Below are positions 37,937-47,749 of a DNA stretch of 64,000 nucleotides, piece by piece. Both the position numbers and the translations under genes were made by a program. Each line of letters opens with the position of its first letter. The first letter of the stretch is position 1. The notes beneath the pieces were generated by a model. That model ran no database searches. It was not told the origin of the DNA and saw nothing but the letters and a program-made list of their open reading frames with translations. The stretch spans positions 32,001 through 96,000 of the IMG/VR virus record IMGVR_UViG_3300047160_002053; one strand, 5' to 3'. Origin of the DNA: a virus.

Positions 37937-38995
37937 TTACGTTGCAGTTACTTTCACCGCATATCCTGCGATTGCGGTACTCAATACTGGCGCTCCAACG
38001 TTTCCTATTCCTAGGAACATCGTACTCAAAAGAAGAATAGGCTGTCCGCCGTCTCCTCCGAGTGCTACCAGTCCATCCAGAGTGATCTGGGCGGATTTAA
38101 TTTTTGCCATTGATTCTGCTTCAACCATCATTTGGCTACCCTTCAAGGTAATTTCAGATTGAGATTGAACAGAAAGTTTTTGACATTCCAATGTAGCAGA
38201 TCCAGAAGCTTTTGCTGCCAAAGCAGCAACGTCGATATTGAAATCTTTCGTAGCTTTAAAATTGATACTTTCATTTGTAGTTACATTGAAATTCTTTTTA
38301 GTGGTGTTTGAGATGTCGTCATCAGCTGTCAAGTCCGCTTTACCGTTCTTGTCTAGGCGCTGAGTGATAGTTTTATGTTTTACTTGGTAAGAACCGTCTT
38401 TTTCGATAGTAATTACTGTAGGTCCCTGCTGATCGTCTAAAGGCTTACCTTGAGCATCGGTAGCTCCACGGAAAGTGAGTGTAGCAGATCCGTCCGTATT
38501 GATTACAACATTGATTCCGTTGTATTCACCTTGCAAGTATGGACCTTCATCCTTGAGAGTTGTCTTTCTGTCTGGATGAGTCAAATGGCCAATGATGATG
38601 GCTTTATCGGACATACCATCTAGGCAAAGCATAAGAACAATCGAGCCATCCTGACCCTTTAAATTGGTAGAATCGCCCTTTGTAGTCTTTTTCTTCTTAG
38701 GACGAAGAGCCATTTCAAAGAAGTCTGCGATTGATCCAAGACCTTCTGCAGACATACAGTTACGATACTGAATAGTAGTCGCACCTTTATCTTCATGTTG
38801 CTCAACCACAAGAACGTCATATTCAGTGGTAAGCTTAGAGCGATTGCTTTCATCGCTGACCGGATAGGTAGCAGTAACGATCCCAATGCGAAGAGCATAG
38901 CTTTTGTAGCTCTTATTGAAACCCGCCATCATATCATGTGCTTCTGTGCTCAGTAATCCCTGCGGCAATACTGCGCCATTATCTAGCTTATTCAT
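37937..38995 (-). CDS. baseplate central spike (gpV/gp5-like)
   Basis: N-terminal OB-fold-like region, beta-helix-like repeats in the C-half, located after the hub. Confidence 0.65.
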   Translation of the reverse strand: MNKLDNGAVLPQGLLSTEAHDMMAGFNKSYKSYALRIGIVTATYPVSDESNRSKLTTEYDVLVVEQHEDKGATTIQYRNCMSAEGLGSIADFFEMALRPKKKKTTKGDSTNLKGQDGSIVLMLCLDGMSDKAIIIGHLTHPDRKTTLKDEGPYLQGEYNGINVVINTDGSATLTFRGATDAQGKPLDDQQGPTVITIEKDGSYQVKHKTITQRLDKNGKADLTADDDISNTTKKNFNVTTNESINFKATKDFNIDVAALAAKASGSATLECQKLSVQSQSEITLKGSQMMVEAESMAKIKSAQITLDGLVALGGDGGQPILLLSTMFLGIGNVGAPVLSTAIAGYAVKVTAT

Positions 38996-40836
38996 TAGGC
39001 ATCTTCTCCTTTCTTACCCTTACGTGGCGGATCGCCAGGCTGAGGAAATGGAGCATTCGCGCTGTGTGGCTGGTTCAGATCGTCTGGACGATAAACGACA
39101 TCCTGTTCTTCTGAAATGCCAGGCAATATTTTATTATTGTCCCAATCGTTTTGACGTTTATCGTAAGCGCTAGTATAAGTCATCTCCGCATAATGAGTGC
39201 CATTCTGATTGCTTGATTTACTAACTCCACTTGACAAAGAAATAACGGTTCTGAAAAGTCTATTTCCAGATTGAATTGCAATGCTACAAGAGTGATCAAT
39301 CTCTTCGATGTGGTACACGTTACCATCCAATTCTAAATTGTCACCAACAGCAATCGGATCTTGAATACCGATGCAGGTAATATGACCATTTAATTTTAAA
39401 TGCCCGCCAATAACTGCGTCGCCGACGATTTGAGCCCATGATGGACTACGATATTCTTTATTCGTAGTCGTAGGTTCGTCAAACTGAGTAGTTACAATGT
39501 ACGGACGTAATCCGCTTCTTTGAACATCTTGAATGTCGTAGGCGTAGTTTTTTCTTGCAATTTCCTGTGCAATGTCTGCGCCTTCCTGTCCAACGGTAGA
39601 TTTACCAAAATATTGAACAAAGTTAATTCTCGCAGCTTCTTCTCTGCCAATATCCATTTCGGTGATAAGCGCAGTAGAAATCTTCCAACGAGGCAAATTC
39701 AAGAACTTAGTAGTAGCTAAATTTGTCCCTTTAAAGTCTTCAGTAGTAAAAGGGATTTGTCTGAATACTACAGTGGGCATAACTCTACCATTTGGAGAGA
39801 CCCTAAAGCAAGTGAAAAGCTCATTCAGAGGAGAATTCGTGTATTGATTCAAAATCGCCCAAGCTTTTACTTGGTTCCAATACTCTGGTTTCAGGAACGT
39901 ATCGCCGCCACATGGAGTCGGAGTATAATAAATGCGTTCAAATTTTTGACTCAATCCGGCAGGATTTAATCCTACAGAAAGTTTTGTATTTGTAGATCCG
40001 CCAGCATATTTCTGAACACCAAAAATATGGACATAGATGTCTTTGGCGGCTTTGACGCCAGTTACACCTAAAAGTTTACCGACAAGCTGTGGCATGAAGA
40101 AATGCACGTTCGGACTTTTTACCGTACCGTTTTTTTCTAAACGTCCTTCATCGGAAATACCAGCTCCAATGAAACTTTGAACTAAAACAGCGATGACATC
40201 TTGGACATTCGTAAGTCCTTTGCCATTGATCAGTTGAGTCCAATCTTTGCCTAAATAAGACGCGAATAAAAGAGCATTATTAGGATCTTGATTTGGGTCG
40301 ATAAGATATGGATTGAAATAAATCGTGTTATTGTATTCGGTGAAAGCAAATCCATTGATCTTAAATAAAACAATTTTGGTTCCAGTTTGAGGATCAACTG
40401 AAATTACTCGCCTAACACCTTGAACTTTGAAGATACCTTTAAATCCATCATTCTGTCCGTTGATAGCTTGCTTTGCGCGAGCTGCATTTGCAACGCGACG
40501 AGCATCGTCTTCCCAATTCAACATATTAACAACCATGAAATCGCCAGGAGCAATCGAGGTTTCGTAGTTAACATCAGTCATGATCAAAGTAGCGTTTACA
40601 GAAGGAGTAAGATTTCCTTTCGATACGCTTACGCTGACTTGAAGACAGTCATTTTCAACAACAAGAGGATCGCGAACTTCGGTGAGCGGAGTATTTGTTA
40701 CACGGTAAGTATCTCTATTTTCCCAGCGCACGAACGTAAGAACCCATGCAGGCGCAGTCTGATGGACTGCATTATCCTCATCCTTGCCCGATCCAATCGG
40801 TCCTACAAATTTTACGAAAGCTCTTGAGTCAGCCAT
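38995..40836 (-). CDS. baseplate hub protein (gp27/gpD-like)
   Basis: Follows the tape measure; 'NELF', 'FRQIPF', 'GLRP', 'G.I...GI..PI.VGDN....G.VYHIEEI.H'. Confidence 0.7.
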   Translation of the reverse strand: MADSRAFVKFVGPIGSGKDEDNAVHQTAPAWVLTFVRWENRDTYRVTNTPLTEVRDPLVVENDCLQVSVSVSKGNLTPSVNATLIMTDVNYETSIAPGDFMVVNMLNWEDDARRVANAARAKQAINGQNDGFKGIFKVQGVRRVISVDPQTGTKIVLFKINGFAFTEYNNTIYFNPYLIDPNQDPNNALLFASYLGKDWTQLINGKGLTNVQDVIAVLVQSFIGAGISDEGRLEKNGTVKSPNVHFFMPQLVGKLLGVTGVKAAKDIYVHIFGVQKYAGGSTNTKLSVGLNPAGLSQKFERIYYTPTPCGGDTFLKPEYWNQVKAWAILNQYTNSPLNELFTCFRVSPNGRVMPTVVFRQIPFTTEDFKGTNLATTKFLNLPRWKISTALITEMDIGREEAARINFVQYFGKSTVGQEGADIAQEIARKNYAYDIQDVQRSGLRPYIVTTQFDEPTTTNKEYRSPSWAQIVGDAVIGGHLKLNGHITCIGIQDPIAVGDNLELDGNVYHIEEIDHSCSIAIQSGNRLFRTVISLSSGVSKSSNQNGTHYAEMTYTSAYDKRQNDWDNNKILPGISEEQDVVYRPDDLNQPHSANAPFPQPGDPPRKGKKGEDA

Positions 40837-43358
40837 TATTTTGATTGTTTCCCTGATTGTACCTGAGTTCCTTTTTGCGTATAGCCTTTAAGAACGTCTT
40901 GTACTGCTTTGTAAGTGTCAGCGTTTTTATTTTGTCGAGCAGCTTCTAAAACCTGCTGTAGAGCGGCATTGGCTTCACGAACTTCGCGAGTCCACGCAGC
41001 AGTAGCTTCTGCGGCAGATTTCATTGCAGGTGCCATTTCATTGAAATTATCCAATACAACCTTTGAATCAGCGGCCATAGCCTTGATAGTCGTATCTTCC
41101 ATGCGACCAGTGCGCTCGATGCTAGTGAGTTTATCTTGAGCAATATTCTCACGTCCAAGTTGTTTGCCTTCCAAAGCTTCTGCCGGATTGATAGTACCCA
41201 AAGCACGGCTTATTGTTTGCTGCCTATTCATTGGCCCAAGCTCTGTGGTCTGAAAAGTTGTTAATTTATTAAAATCATTTCTAACATCTTCTGGAGCATT
41301 TCTTATGTCTTCTTCAGTCAGACGCTCTTTACCTATATTTTTTGCATATGATTTTATTTTATCTCTAAGCTGATCTGCTTGCTTGAAACGACTAACTGCT
41401 CCAGATGTCGTTCCACTTACTCTGGAAATCAATTCTTTAGAGCTAATTCCGGCTTCTTTTGCGGCGGCTTCAACTACCGGATGATCTTCTGTAAGCTCAT
41501 CTTCTCTAATTGCCATAAGACCTTGCTTAGTCATGGTAGAAAGCTTTCTTAAAGATGGATCAGATAAAAACCCTGCAGCTCTCATTACGCCACGCGGTCC
41601 TGTTGTAGTCTGAGAAATTTGCTGATATTGTTCGTAAGCAGTTTTAGCTGCAGAAATTCCTGCATTAGTATTCTCACCAACGAATCGACCAAATCCTCCA
41701 GAGATACGCTCTTGATCTGAATCTGATCTCGCGCCTGAGCGTGCAATAATTTCCGCTGTCATTTGAGTAAAACGACGATTTTCTTCTGCGAACTTAGAAT
41801 CATCCAATCCAAGCTTCATACCTTCTGCTAAAATTTTAACAGTAGCCTGCTTAGTAGATTCAGAACTTCCTAGACTTCCAGAAAGTGTGCCAAGAATTTG
41901 ATTTGCATTAGTCAAATCCATACCACGTTCCATTTGAAGGCCGAAAGTGGCATTTCGTGCCATTTGCGTAGATCCACCAGAACCTAAGATTCCAGACCCC
42001 ATTTGCATTGCCATCTCAGGAGTGAATCCTGCACCGATAGCGCCTTCCATATAGCCGCCGCGACCGTAGAATCCTGAATTGTTCAGGCCAAGTCCGCGCT
42101 GCATATCAAGGTTACGCTGCCAATTTTGTTCGTATTCGCCAACCGCAGCAGTTTTGAAAGGATTTTGTTTTTTCTGACCTTCATACGAATCGTTATATGC
42201 GTTAACCATGTCAGATGCCAACATCGAATTGTAACGATTTCTTTGAGTCTCAGAAAAAGGACTAAGCATGAGAGCGCGTTGTCTTTCGTCGCTCAATGCT
42301 CCCCAGATACCACGGCCTGCGCCATAGATACCGCCGACACCAGCGCCGATCAGAGCACCCGTCTTAGCTCCACCGGCTGCACCGGCAATTGCTCCAGGAA
42401 TTGCTCCAACACCACCAGCTGCTCCACCGGCAGTAAATCCACCGATACCTCCGACGACACCGCCAATCGTAGCTCCGGTAGCTGCTCCACCGGCAACACC
42501 TTGGCCCCATCCTTTCAGAAGTGTTCCACCAAGAGACCATTTGTCGGCAGTTTGTGCTGCAGACATCGTTTCAAGAGCTTGACGCGCAGCGCGTGCTCTT
42601 TCTGCGGAGAACATAAGTTCAAACGGAGATCGACGATTATAAATATCGGAAGCTGCACGGCCAAGACTTCCGTTGACCGCAGATCCCATAGCTGATTCGG
42701 TGCGAACCGGAGCCATACTCATGTCGCGGTACATATTTGCACCTTCGACCATAGTGCCGCCGAGCCACGCTGCGCCCGTACCTACGGCACCCAAAATAGC
42801 GCCAGGAGAGGCCATGCGATAGCCAGCCTTAGCTGCGCCCATTATTCCGCCGCCTTGATATGCGCGAGCGAGACGTTCCATGCCTTGAGGTTTCAAGGAT
42901 TCACGAGCGTCTAAAGATTGATTCATTGCCGCATCGCGTTGGCGATATGCTTCTCTTTGTTGTTGTAAATTCGATTCTACGCGAGCAATTTTCTCTTTGA
43001 TGTCCAATTCTTCTTTGGAATCTTTAACCATCTGCTTTTGCTGGTCCTGCATCTTTTTGAGAACTTCAGAACGCTGTGCGATGATTTTCCCCAATCGTTC
43101 CTGAGCTTTAGCTTGCTCAGAGATCATTTGATCAATCTCACGACGGGATTGCTGGGTCGCTTTTCTGTAAGCTTCAACGCTAGGAGCCGACATAATGCCG
43201 CCCATACCGTTTTGCTGCATACGTTGCGCCGTGTCACGTTGCATACGTGCCATATCAGCAGGTGCATAGAGGTCTTTCAACTTCTTTTGCATCTCTTGTA
43301 CCGACCTGTCAAAGTCAGCTGTATCAAATTTGGCAGAAAATACGAACTCTTTTTTCAC
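40836..43358 (-). CDS. tape measure protein (840 aa)
   Basis: Ala/Gln/Met-rich helical protein with a Gly-zipper hydrophobic segment, first gene of the tail operon; GTG start. Confidence 0.75.
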   Translation of the reverse strand: MKKEFVFSAKFDTADFDRSVQEMQKKLKDLYAPADMARMQRDTAQRMQQNGMGGIMSAPSVEAYRKATQQSRREIDQMISEQAKAQERLGKIIAQRSEVLKKMQDQQKQMVKDSKEELDIKEKIARVESNLQQQREAYRQRDAAMNQSLDARESLKPQGMERLARAYQGGGIMGAAKAGYRMASPGAILGAVGTGAAWLGGTMVEGANMYRDMSMAPVRTESAMGSAVNGSLGRAASDIYNRRSPFELMFSAERARAARQALETMSAAQTADKWSLGGTLLKGWGQGVAGGAATGATIGGVVGGIGGFTAGGAAGGVGAIPGAIAGAAGGAKTGALIGAGVGGIYGAGRGIWGALSDERQRALMLSPFSETQRNRYNSMLASDMVNAYNDSYEGQKKQNPFKTAAVGEYEQNWQRNLDMQRGLGLNNSGFYGRGGYMEGAIGAGFTPEMAMQMGSGILGSGGSTQMARNATFGLQMERGMDLTNANQILGTLSGSLGSSESTKQATVKILAEGMKLGLDDSKFAEENRRFTQMTAEIIARSGARSDSDQERISGGFGRFVGENTNAGISAAKTAYEQYQQISQTTTGPRGVMRAAGFLSDPSLRKLSTMTKQGLMAIREDELTEDHPVVEAAAKEAGISSKELISRVSGTTSGAVSRFKQADQLRDKIKSYAKNIGKERLTEEDIRNAPEDVRNDFNKLTTFQTTELGPMNRQQTISRALGTINPAEALEGKQLGRENIAQDKLTSIERTGRMEDTTIKAMAADSKVVLDNFNEMAPAMKSAAEATAAWTREVREANAALQQVLEAARQNKNADTYKAVQDVLKGYTQKGTQVQSGKQSK

Positions 43359-43382
43359 GTTTACACCCTAATTAGCCTACTC

Positions 43383-43390
43383 TAAAGATT
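43383..43390 (-). promoter_or_regulatory. AATCTTTA candidate late promoter variant
   Basis: 24 nt upstream of the tape-measure GTG. Confidence 0.5.
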
Positions 43391-43438
43391 GCAGTTATTC
43401 AGAATCGGCCATATCTCTTATATCAGATCTCTAATTAA

Positions 43439-43469
43439 ACTTGACTTTTTTAATCAAGTTAGATATTCT
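43439..43469 (+). promoter_or_regulatory. sigma70-type promoter with overlapping inverted repeat
   Basis: TTGACT-17-TATTCT; ACTTGAC-N7-ATCAAGT palindrome. Confidence 0.65.
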
Positions 43470-43529
43470 GCTTGTATCTGGCGCTTAGACCGGATATATT
43501 GAATCTAGGACTTGCAGAAAGGGAATCCA

Positions 43530-43757
43530 ATGCGGACCAAGAAAACGAAGGCTAAGACGGCGAAAACGAAGACCAAAAAGGTGGCACCGAAAGCTCCTAC
43601 CATTATGGATCGCCTACCCAAGAACCGTGGCGAATGGCTGGAACTGGTCATCAAAATGACCGAAAAGCACATTATCGACGGAAGACCTGATTACTTGGTT
43701 TCTCAGGCTGAACGACTGAAAGCCGAACTCAAAGTTTGGAAAGAAGAAAATTCATAA
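43530..43757 (+). CDS. hypothetical protein with Lys-rich N-terminus
   Basis: ATG 43530 with AAGGGA RBS. Confidence 0.65.
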   Translation: MRTKKTKAKTAKTKTKKVAPKAPTIMDRLPKNRGEWLELVIKMTEKHIIDGRPDYLVSQAERLKAELKVWKEENS

Positions 43758-43765
43758 GTTACGGC

Positions 43766-43773
43766 AATCTTTA
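43766..43773 (+). promoter_or_regulatory. AATCTTTA candidate late promoter variant
   Basis: 4 nt upstream of ATG 43778, no Shine-Dalgarno. Confidence 0.4.
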
Positions 43774-43777
43774 GAAA

Positions 43778-44041
43778 ATGAAGGACGACAATTTCATTTT
43801 CTTACTATTGACCGGAATTTACATTTTCACATTCTGGCTAATCTGCTATCAGATCGAATTGCGCTGGCGTCCTGTCGCACGCATAAAATGTAAATTTGGA
43901 TACCATAAACGCAAGTTCAAGCGTTTAGGACAAGACGTGTCAAGTTATCGCTGCGAAGTCTGCGGAAAAGCCAAAGACCATCCTCATCTCAAAGTTATCG
44001 ACGGCGGCAAAAAAGACTTTGATGTTCCCTTTCGGTTCTGA
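43778..44041 (+). CDS. membrane-anchored small zinc-binding protein
   Basis: N-terminal TM; C..GYH ... CEVCG. Confidence 0.65.
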   Translation: MKDDNFIFLLLTGIYIFTFWLICYQIELRWRPVARIKCKFGYHKRKFKRLGQDVSSYRCEVCGKAKDHPHLKVIDGGKKDFDVPFRF

Positions 44042-44064
44042 TATATTACTTTCGGAGGTAATCA

Positions 44065-44448
44065 ATGAATCCGAAAGATTATGTACAAAACGCACTAAAA
44101 ACTGAATCCAACAACTTTGAAGCAATCGCTCAGCGTGTTGGTGCTCCCGAAAATATTCGTTTACTTCACGCAGCAATTGGCCTTGCGACTGAAGCTGGCG
44201 AAATTCAAGATCAATTGAAAAAGGCCGTATTCTACGGAAAGCCTCTTGATAAAGTAAATCTCGAAGAAGAACTTGGAGATTTGTTCTGGTACATCGCGAT
44301 CATGTCCGATACTCTCGGTGTTTCGTTTGACCAGATCATGGAAAAGAACATCGCTAAGCTAAAAGCTCGTTACGGCGATAAGTTCACTGAAAAAGCAGCT
44401 CTTGAACGTAATTTGGATGCTGAACGCGAAATTTTGGAGAAAAAATGA
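44065..44448 (+). CDS. MazG-like nucleotide pyrophosphohydrolase
   Basis: 'GLATEAGE', 'EELGDLFWY', 'NIAKLKARY'. Confidence 0.9.
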   Translation: MNPKDYVQNALKTESNNFEAIAQRVGAPENIRLLHAAIGLATEAGEIQDQLKKAVFYGKPLDKVNLEEELGDLFWYIAIMSDTLGVSFDQIMEKNIAKLKARYGDKFTEKAALERNLDAEREILEKK

Positions 44449-44594
44449 AATATTTAGTTTTGATTCTTGCTCTCGGCGTTGTTGGATGTTCTTCTACGCC
44501 AAAAGTTCTCATGAAGAATTGCGAGAAACTGAAAAATGGATATTACGAGTGTGAAGAAATTCCGAAGAAAAATATCGGAGAACGAGTTCGTTAG
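44445..44594 (+). CDS. small lipoprotein (49 aa, not in ORF track)
   Basis: MKYLVLILALGVVGC lipobox; ATGA overlap. Confidence 0.6.
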   Translation: MKYLVLILALGVVGCSSTPKVLMKNCEKLKNGYYECEEIPKKNIGERVR

Positions 44595-44755
44595 AACTTA
44601 CGACACTCGTCGTCAACTAACCAAGTAACACAGATCGGCCCAAGAGTCCAAATCCGACAGTTACAAATTGCTTTCATGTATTCTGGGCCATTTTTCCAGC
44701 TAATAGAACCGTCAGGTTTTCGCCACAGTCCTACGTCTAATCGTCCGATTCTCAT
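44591..44755 (-). CDS. hypothetical protein (54 aa, not in ORF track)
   Basis: MRIGRLDVGLWRKPDG...CNC...C with GAGGA RBS; fills the gap. Confidence 0.45.
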   Translation of the reverse strand: MRIGRLDVGLWRKPDGSISWKNGPEYMKAICNCRIWTLGPICVTWLVDDECRKF

Positions 44756-44903
44756 CTTTTAATTCCTCTTCCGCAATTTTCTTTCCAGCTTGACGCTCAC
44801 GCGCTTTAGCTTTCTTGGTAGATTTATGCGGATTTATATCTAAAGCCCAGTTTTGTGCTTGAAGCGATCTTTTTCCAATTTTTCTTGTATCGTTGCTGCC
44901 CAT
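44712..44903 (-). CDS. small basic hypothetical protein
   Basis: TAATG coupling to the Rrf2 gene. Confidence 0.55.
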   Translation of the reverse strand: MGSNDTRKIGKRSLQAQNWALDINPHKSTKKAKARERQAGKKIAEEELKDENRTIRRRTVAKT

Positions 44904-45235
44904 TATAATTTCGTGTTCTTATGCGCGTTGATAAGATTTTGACGCAATTCAAGAACCGATCCTTGTTCACCTTTTAGGTTATCGTCAATCGTTCCTACGG
45001 CCTTAGCAATATCATAGGCGCTTACTTCTTTAGACTTGTCAATCGTGTAGCCTCCGCCTTGACCGCGCTTCACGATAACAATCTCTGCGCTTTTAAGGGC
45101 GTGCATAATCTGGACCAAAAAGGTCGATGTCACTCCGATTTCTACAGCGAGTTCAGACGTTTTTACCAAGCCGTCCTTCTTTTTAAGAGCGGCTATCGCA
45201 TTTATACCGATTTCAAGTTTTTTATTCAGCTTCAT
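44903..45235 (-). CDS. Rrf2-family winged-helix transcriptional regulator (no Fe-S cysteines)
   Basis: 'ELA.EIGV..TFL.QIM..LK.A.IV.VKRGQGGGY....EVSAYDI'. Confidence 0.85.
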   Translation of the reverse strand: MKLNKKLEIGINAIAALKKKDGLVKTSELAVEIGVTSTFLVQIMHALKSAEIVIVKRGQGGGYTIDKSKEVSAYDIAKAVGTIDDNLKGEQGSVLELRQNLINAHKNTKL

Positions 45236-45241
45236 ACTAAC

Positions 45242-45270
45242 ATCCTATCTCAAACTTGACTAAATTACAA
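45242..45270 (-). promoter_or_regulatory. sigma70-type promoter, probably leaderless
   Basis: TTGTAA-17-TAGGAT, 6 nt before ATG 45235. Confidence 0.6.
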
Positions 45271-45273
45271 GGA

Positions 45274-45528
45274 TTAAATTGGTGCCCCTGGAGGCTTATT
45301 TAAGATCTGAGTATATCCATAGAAGTCGATTAGGCTTTTGATTGATTCAATCGCATCTGGATGCCAATTGGTCTCTTCGCCTAGCCAATAAGCGATCACG
45401 ATGCATGGCACGAATGTCATTGACGCTAAGTATCCAACGCAACGCTTAACATCGCGTCCGCCTTTATCGTTAAACCATGAAATGCAAAACTTTTTATTCG
45501 CGCTATATGTGTCTAAGTCAATCGTCAC
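45274..45528 (-). CDS. hypothetical protein (~84 aa)
   Basis: GTG 45528 overlapping the thyX stop. Confidence 0.55.
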   Translation of the reverse strand: MTIDLDTYSANKKFCISWFNDKGGRDVKRCVGYLASMTFVPCIVIAYWLGEETNWHPDAIESIKSLIDFYGYTQILNKPPGAPI

Positions 45529-46384
45529 TTGGGCCTTCAAACGTAGTGATATTCTCGTGCGCAAGTGTTTTTCGATATTGAATCCAGCCTTCACTGAAGT
45601 TCCCAGAACGCATACTCAACATATCTGATTGAGCCTGATGTTCTGCTGGGGAAGCGTGAATAGGAAGCTGGCCCAAAAGACGGTCGTATAGCTTTAGGTC
45701 TTCTTGTACGGAAGGAACTTTCCCTTCATGATTCAAATAAGAGACTCGCGCACAGCGAGCGACAGACATCTTAATTAGGTAGTCAATCAAATCTACGCCT
45801 TGTCCGAACTCATTGGCCACTAAAGCAAGATCTTCGTCACCAATAAAAGGTAAATGCCAACGTCCAAATTCAACTTCTTGTGGGGCGTTAGTCGAATAAA
45901 CATTCCACATCTGCTTAGCCAATTCTGCGATCTCAGGCTGTGCCATTGGATGGTATCGAAGAGCGAAGAAGTTTGCGAAATCAGTAGCAGTGCAAACTAC
46001 GGCAATGTGAGAAAATGGCTCAAGGATTCGATTCGCATATTGTTTATGAATTTCTAGATTCATCATTTCAGTAGCCATTGTAACTGCACAATCACGAGCC
46101 TCTAGCCAAGTATTAACCGCCGCTTCGTGATCATCGCCAGTAAGAGCTTCGCCGCCTTGCATACCAGCTTTATTTTTAGTGAAAGCTAGTGGAATAGCAG
46201 GATTGTCAATGACCATTTGAATAGATTTCTTGACTGGGATCGCACGCGAGGAAGAAGCGTTGCGAGAGAACATTCTATGAGTCATAAACTCAGAGTGAAT
46301 GAAACGAGGATACGTGAGAACGAAAGTTGTAATACGACATCCCGAAGGAGTGATACTATCCTTGACTATCTTTGCTTCGATCAT
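45518..46384 (-). CDS. thyX: flavin-dependent thymidylate synthase
   Basis: Phage-type ThyX motif 'IHSEFMTHRMFSRNASSSRAIP', 'HKQYANRILEPF', 'ARCARVSY', 'HASPAEHQA'. Confidence 0.9.
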   Translation of the reverse strand: MIEAKIVKDSITPSGCRITTFVLTYPRFIHSEFMTHRMFSRNASSSRAIPVKKSIQMVIDNPAIPLAFTKNKAGMQGGEALTGDDHEAAVNTWLEARDCAVTMATEMMNLEIHKQYANRILEPFSHIAVVCTATDFANFFALRYHPMAQPEIAELAKQMWNVYSTNAPQEVEFGRWHLPFIGDEDLALVANEFGQGVDLIDYLIKMSVARCARVSYLNHEGKVPSVQEDLKLYDRLLGQLPIHASPAEHQAQSDMLSMRSGNFSEGWIQYRKTLAHENITTFEGPSDD

Positions 46385-46541
46385 CTTGATTGCCTTTCTT
46401 CATTTTGGAATCGTAAATTGATTTTCCAGCCAAATAAACCGTGATCGTGACAAGTCCACCAGGAACAATAACGGCAGCAAGCCAAAGTCCCTTTGGCAAC
46501 TTCTTGGCTTCTTGGTATGCTTCTGACAGAGCTTTCTTCAT
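46356..46541 (-). CDS. small membrane protein
   Basis: One hydrophobic segment; packed between def and thyX. Confidence 0.55.
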   Translation of the reverse strand: MKKALSEAYQEAKKLPKGLWLAAVIVPGGLVTITVYLAGKSIYDSKMKKGNQDDRSKDSQG

Positions 46542-46545
46542 GTCA

Positions 46546-47037
46546 TTATTTTACCTTCAATCCCCATTTTTTAGCAAGCTCTTTTCGTCTTGCTTTATGA
46601 AGGCTTTCGGATTGAAGGTGCGTCTTTCCATCGAGATGATCTGTCTCGTGCTGAACGCAGACTGAATGGATTCTTTTGAAAACTTTTTCTTGCTTTGCGC
46701 CAGTCTCGTCTTGATATTCTAGCTTAACCCAGTCCGCTCTTTCTTGAAGCGTGAGTTTTTCTCCAGGAGCGCTCAGGCATCCTTCCTCTAGGTTCGCGGA
46801 CGCAACTGACTTTGAAACGATCTTAGGATTTACGATGTAAAGCTTTTCCCCTTCTGGACCAAGCATAGTGAACATGCGGAAAGTCAGGCCGACCTGATTT
46901 GCAGCAAGTCCCATGCCATTATTTGCTACCATGGTTTCCCACATGGAATCCAAAAGCGTCTTCAGCTCTGGACCAAAAACAGTGACTTCTTTGCAGACTT
47001 GGAATAGTTCCGGAGATGGAAATTTAAGGATATTCAT
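46546..47037 (-). CDS. def: peptide deformylase
   Basis: All three PDF motifs: GMGLAANQVG, EGCLS, QHETDHLDG. Confidence 0.95.
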   Translation of the reverse strand: MNILKFPSPELFQVCKEVTVFGPELKTLLDSMWETMVANNGMGLAANQVGLTFRMFTMLGPEGEKLYIVNPKIVSKSVASANLEEGCLSAPGEKLTLQERADWVKLEYQDETGAKQEKVFKRIHSVCVQHETDHLDGKTHLQSESLHKARRKELAKKWGLKVK

Positions 47038-47176
47038 TCAGGGTCTCATTAAGCTCTTTAACGCGAGAAACAAAGGATTTAGGGTCCTTCTGATCTGTTA
47101 TTTTACGCACTGTATAAAATCCAGCAGAAGCTAGAACTACAGCCCATATCAAATAGATTATCGCCGCGTGTCTCAT
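47024..47176 (-). CDS. small single-TM protein (50 aa, not in ORF track)
   Basis: MRHAAIIYLIWAVVLASAGFYTVRK...; ATGA overlap. Confidence 0.5.
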   Translation of the reverse strand: MRHAAIIYLIWAVVLASAGFYTVRKITDQKDPKSFVSRVKELNETLNEYP

Positions 47177-47517
47177 TTGAAACGCCATTCAAGATTCAAG
47201 GAGTATTTATCTACTCCGATCTGACTTGTAATTTTATCGCAAAGGCCAAAAGTTGGCGCATTGAATTGAACTGATTTTTCTCGGACGGTTTTGGCTAGAA
47301 ATACGCCTCCGCCTACGACATCGAAAGTCGTGTCGCCCAAAAGATAGTGGACTTCTTGCTCGGCATCTTTGGAAACTTTTTTCTCTGCTGTATCAATATT
47401 CTGAATGATGCCCGACTGTTTGCCGCCAGCTTCCATAGCTTTAGAACAGGCTTCGTGACCGTTACCACTAAACCCTGTACATGACGCTGCAATGATTAGA
47501 GCTGTTACGCTACCCAT
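47173..47517 (-). CDS. hypothetical envelope-associated protein
   Basis: ATG 47517 with GGAG RBS; N-terminal hydrophobic + Cys pair; ends YSLNLEWRFK. Confidence 0.65.
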   Translation of the reverse strand: MGSVTALIIAASCTGFSGNGHEACSKAMEAGGKQSGIIQNIDTAEKKVSKDAEQEVHYLLGDTTFDVVGGGVFLAKTVREKSVQFNAPTFGLCDKITSQIGVDKYSLNLEWRFK

Positions 47518-47749
47518 CGTCTCCGTCTTCTGGATGAGTTGAATTCCAAAAGTCCTTATCGGCCTGTTCGTTTCGTTCCGCCATGGGAACTTCATTGTTT
47601 AAAATTTCTTCAGAGAGAGCAAACATGTGCTTTTCAAGACGAAGCTTGTTTCCTTCACCTTTAGTAGACTTCAACCCATCAGACAGTTGTCTTAGCGCTG
47701 TACCAGCGTCTATTTTACCTTGTCTATATGAGTCACAAACCTTGCACAT
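47510..47749 (-). CDS. hypothetical protein (79 aa, N-terminal CxxC)
   Basis: AAGGA RBS; packed ORF. Confidence 0.6.
   Translation of the reverse strand: MCKVCDSYRQGKIDAGTALRQLSDGLKSTKGEGNKLRLEKHMFALSEEILNNEVPMAERNEQADKDFWNSTHPEDGDDG

Noticed and set aside
42300-42510. GC-rich quasi-repeats (gctccaccggc...)
   Set aside because: They encode the Gly/Ala zipper of the tape measure protein and are not an independent repeat element.
23193-43358. Bacterial tailocin/eCIS or prophage interpretation of the tail module
   Set aside because: The flanks are typical lytic-phage genes (phage-type ThyX, PseT, RNA ligase, NrdAB, homing endonucleases, dense small ORFs), with no host operons or integrase.
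7448-43385. Many 60-235 aa ORFs antisense or out of frame within the structural genes (e.g. 9368..10009, 19152..19859, 30071..30688)
   Set aside because: These are shadow ORFs of Ser/Thr/Gly/Ala-rich genes with biased codons. They have no RBS or motifs and are fully nested in well-supported genes.
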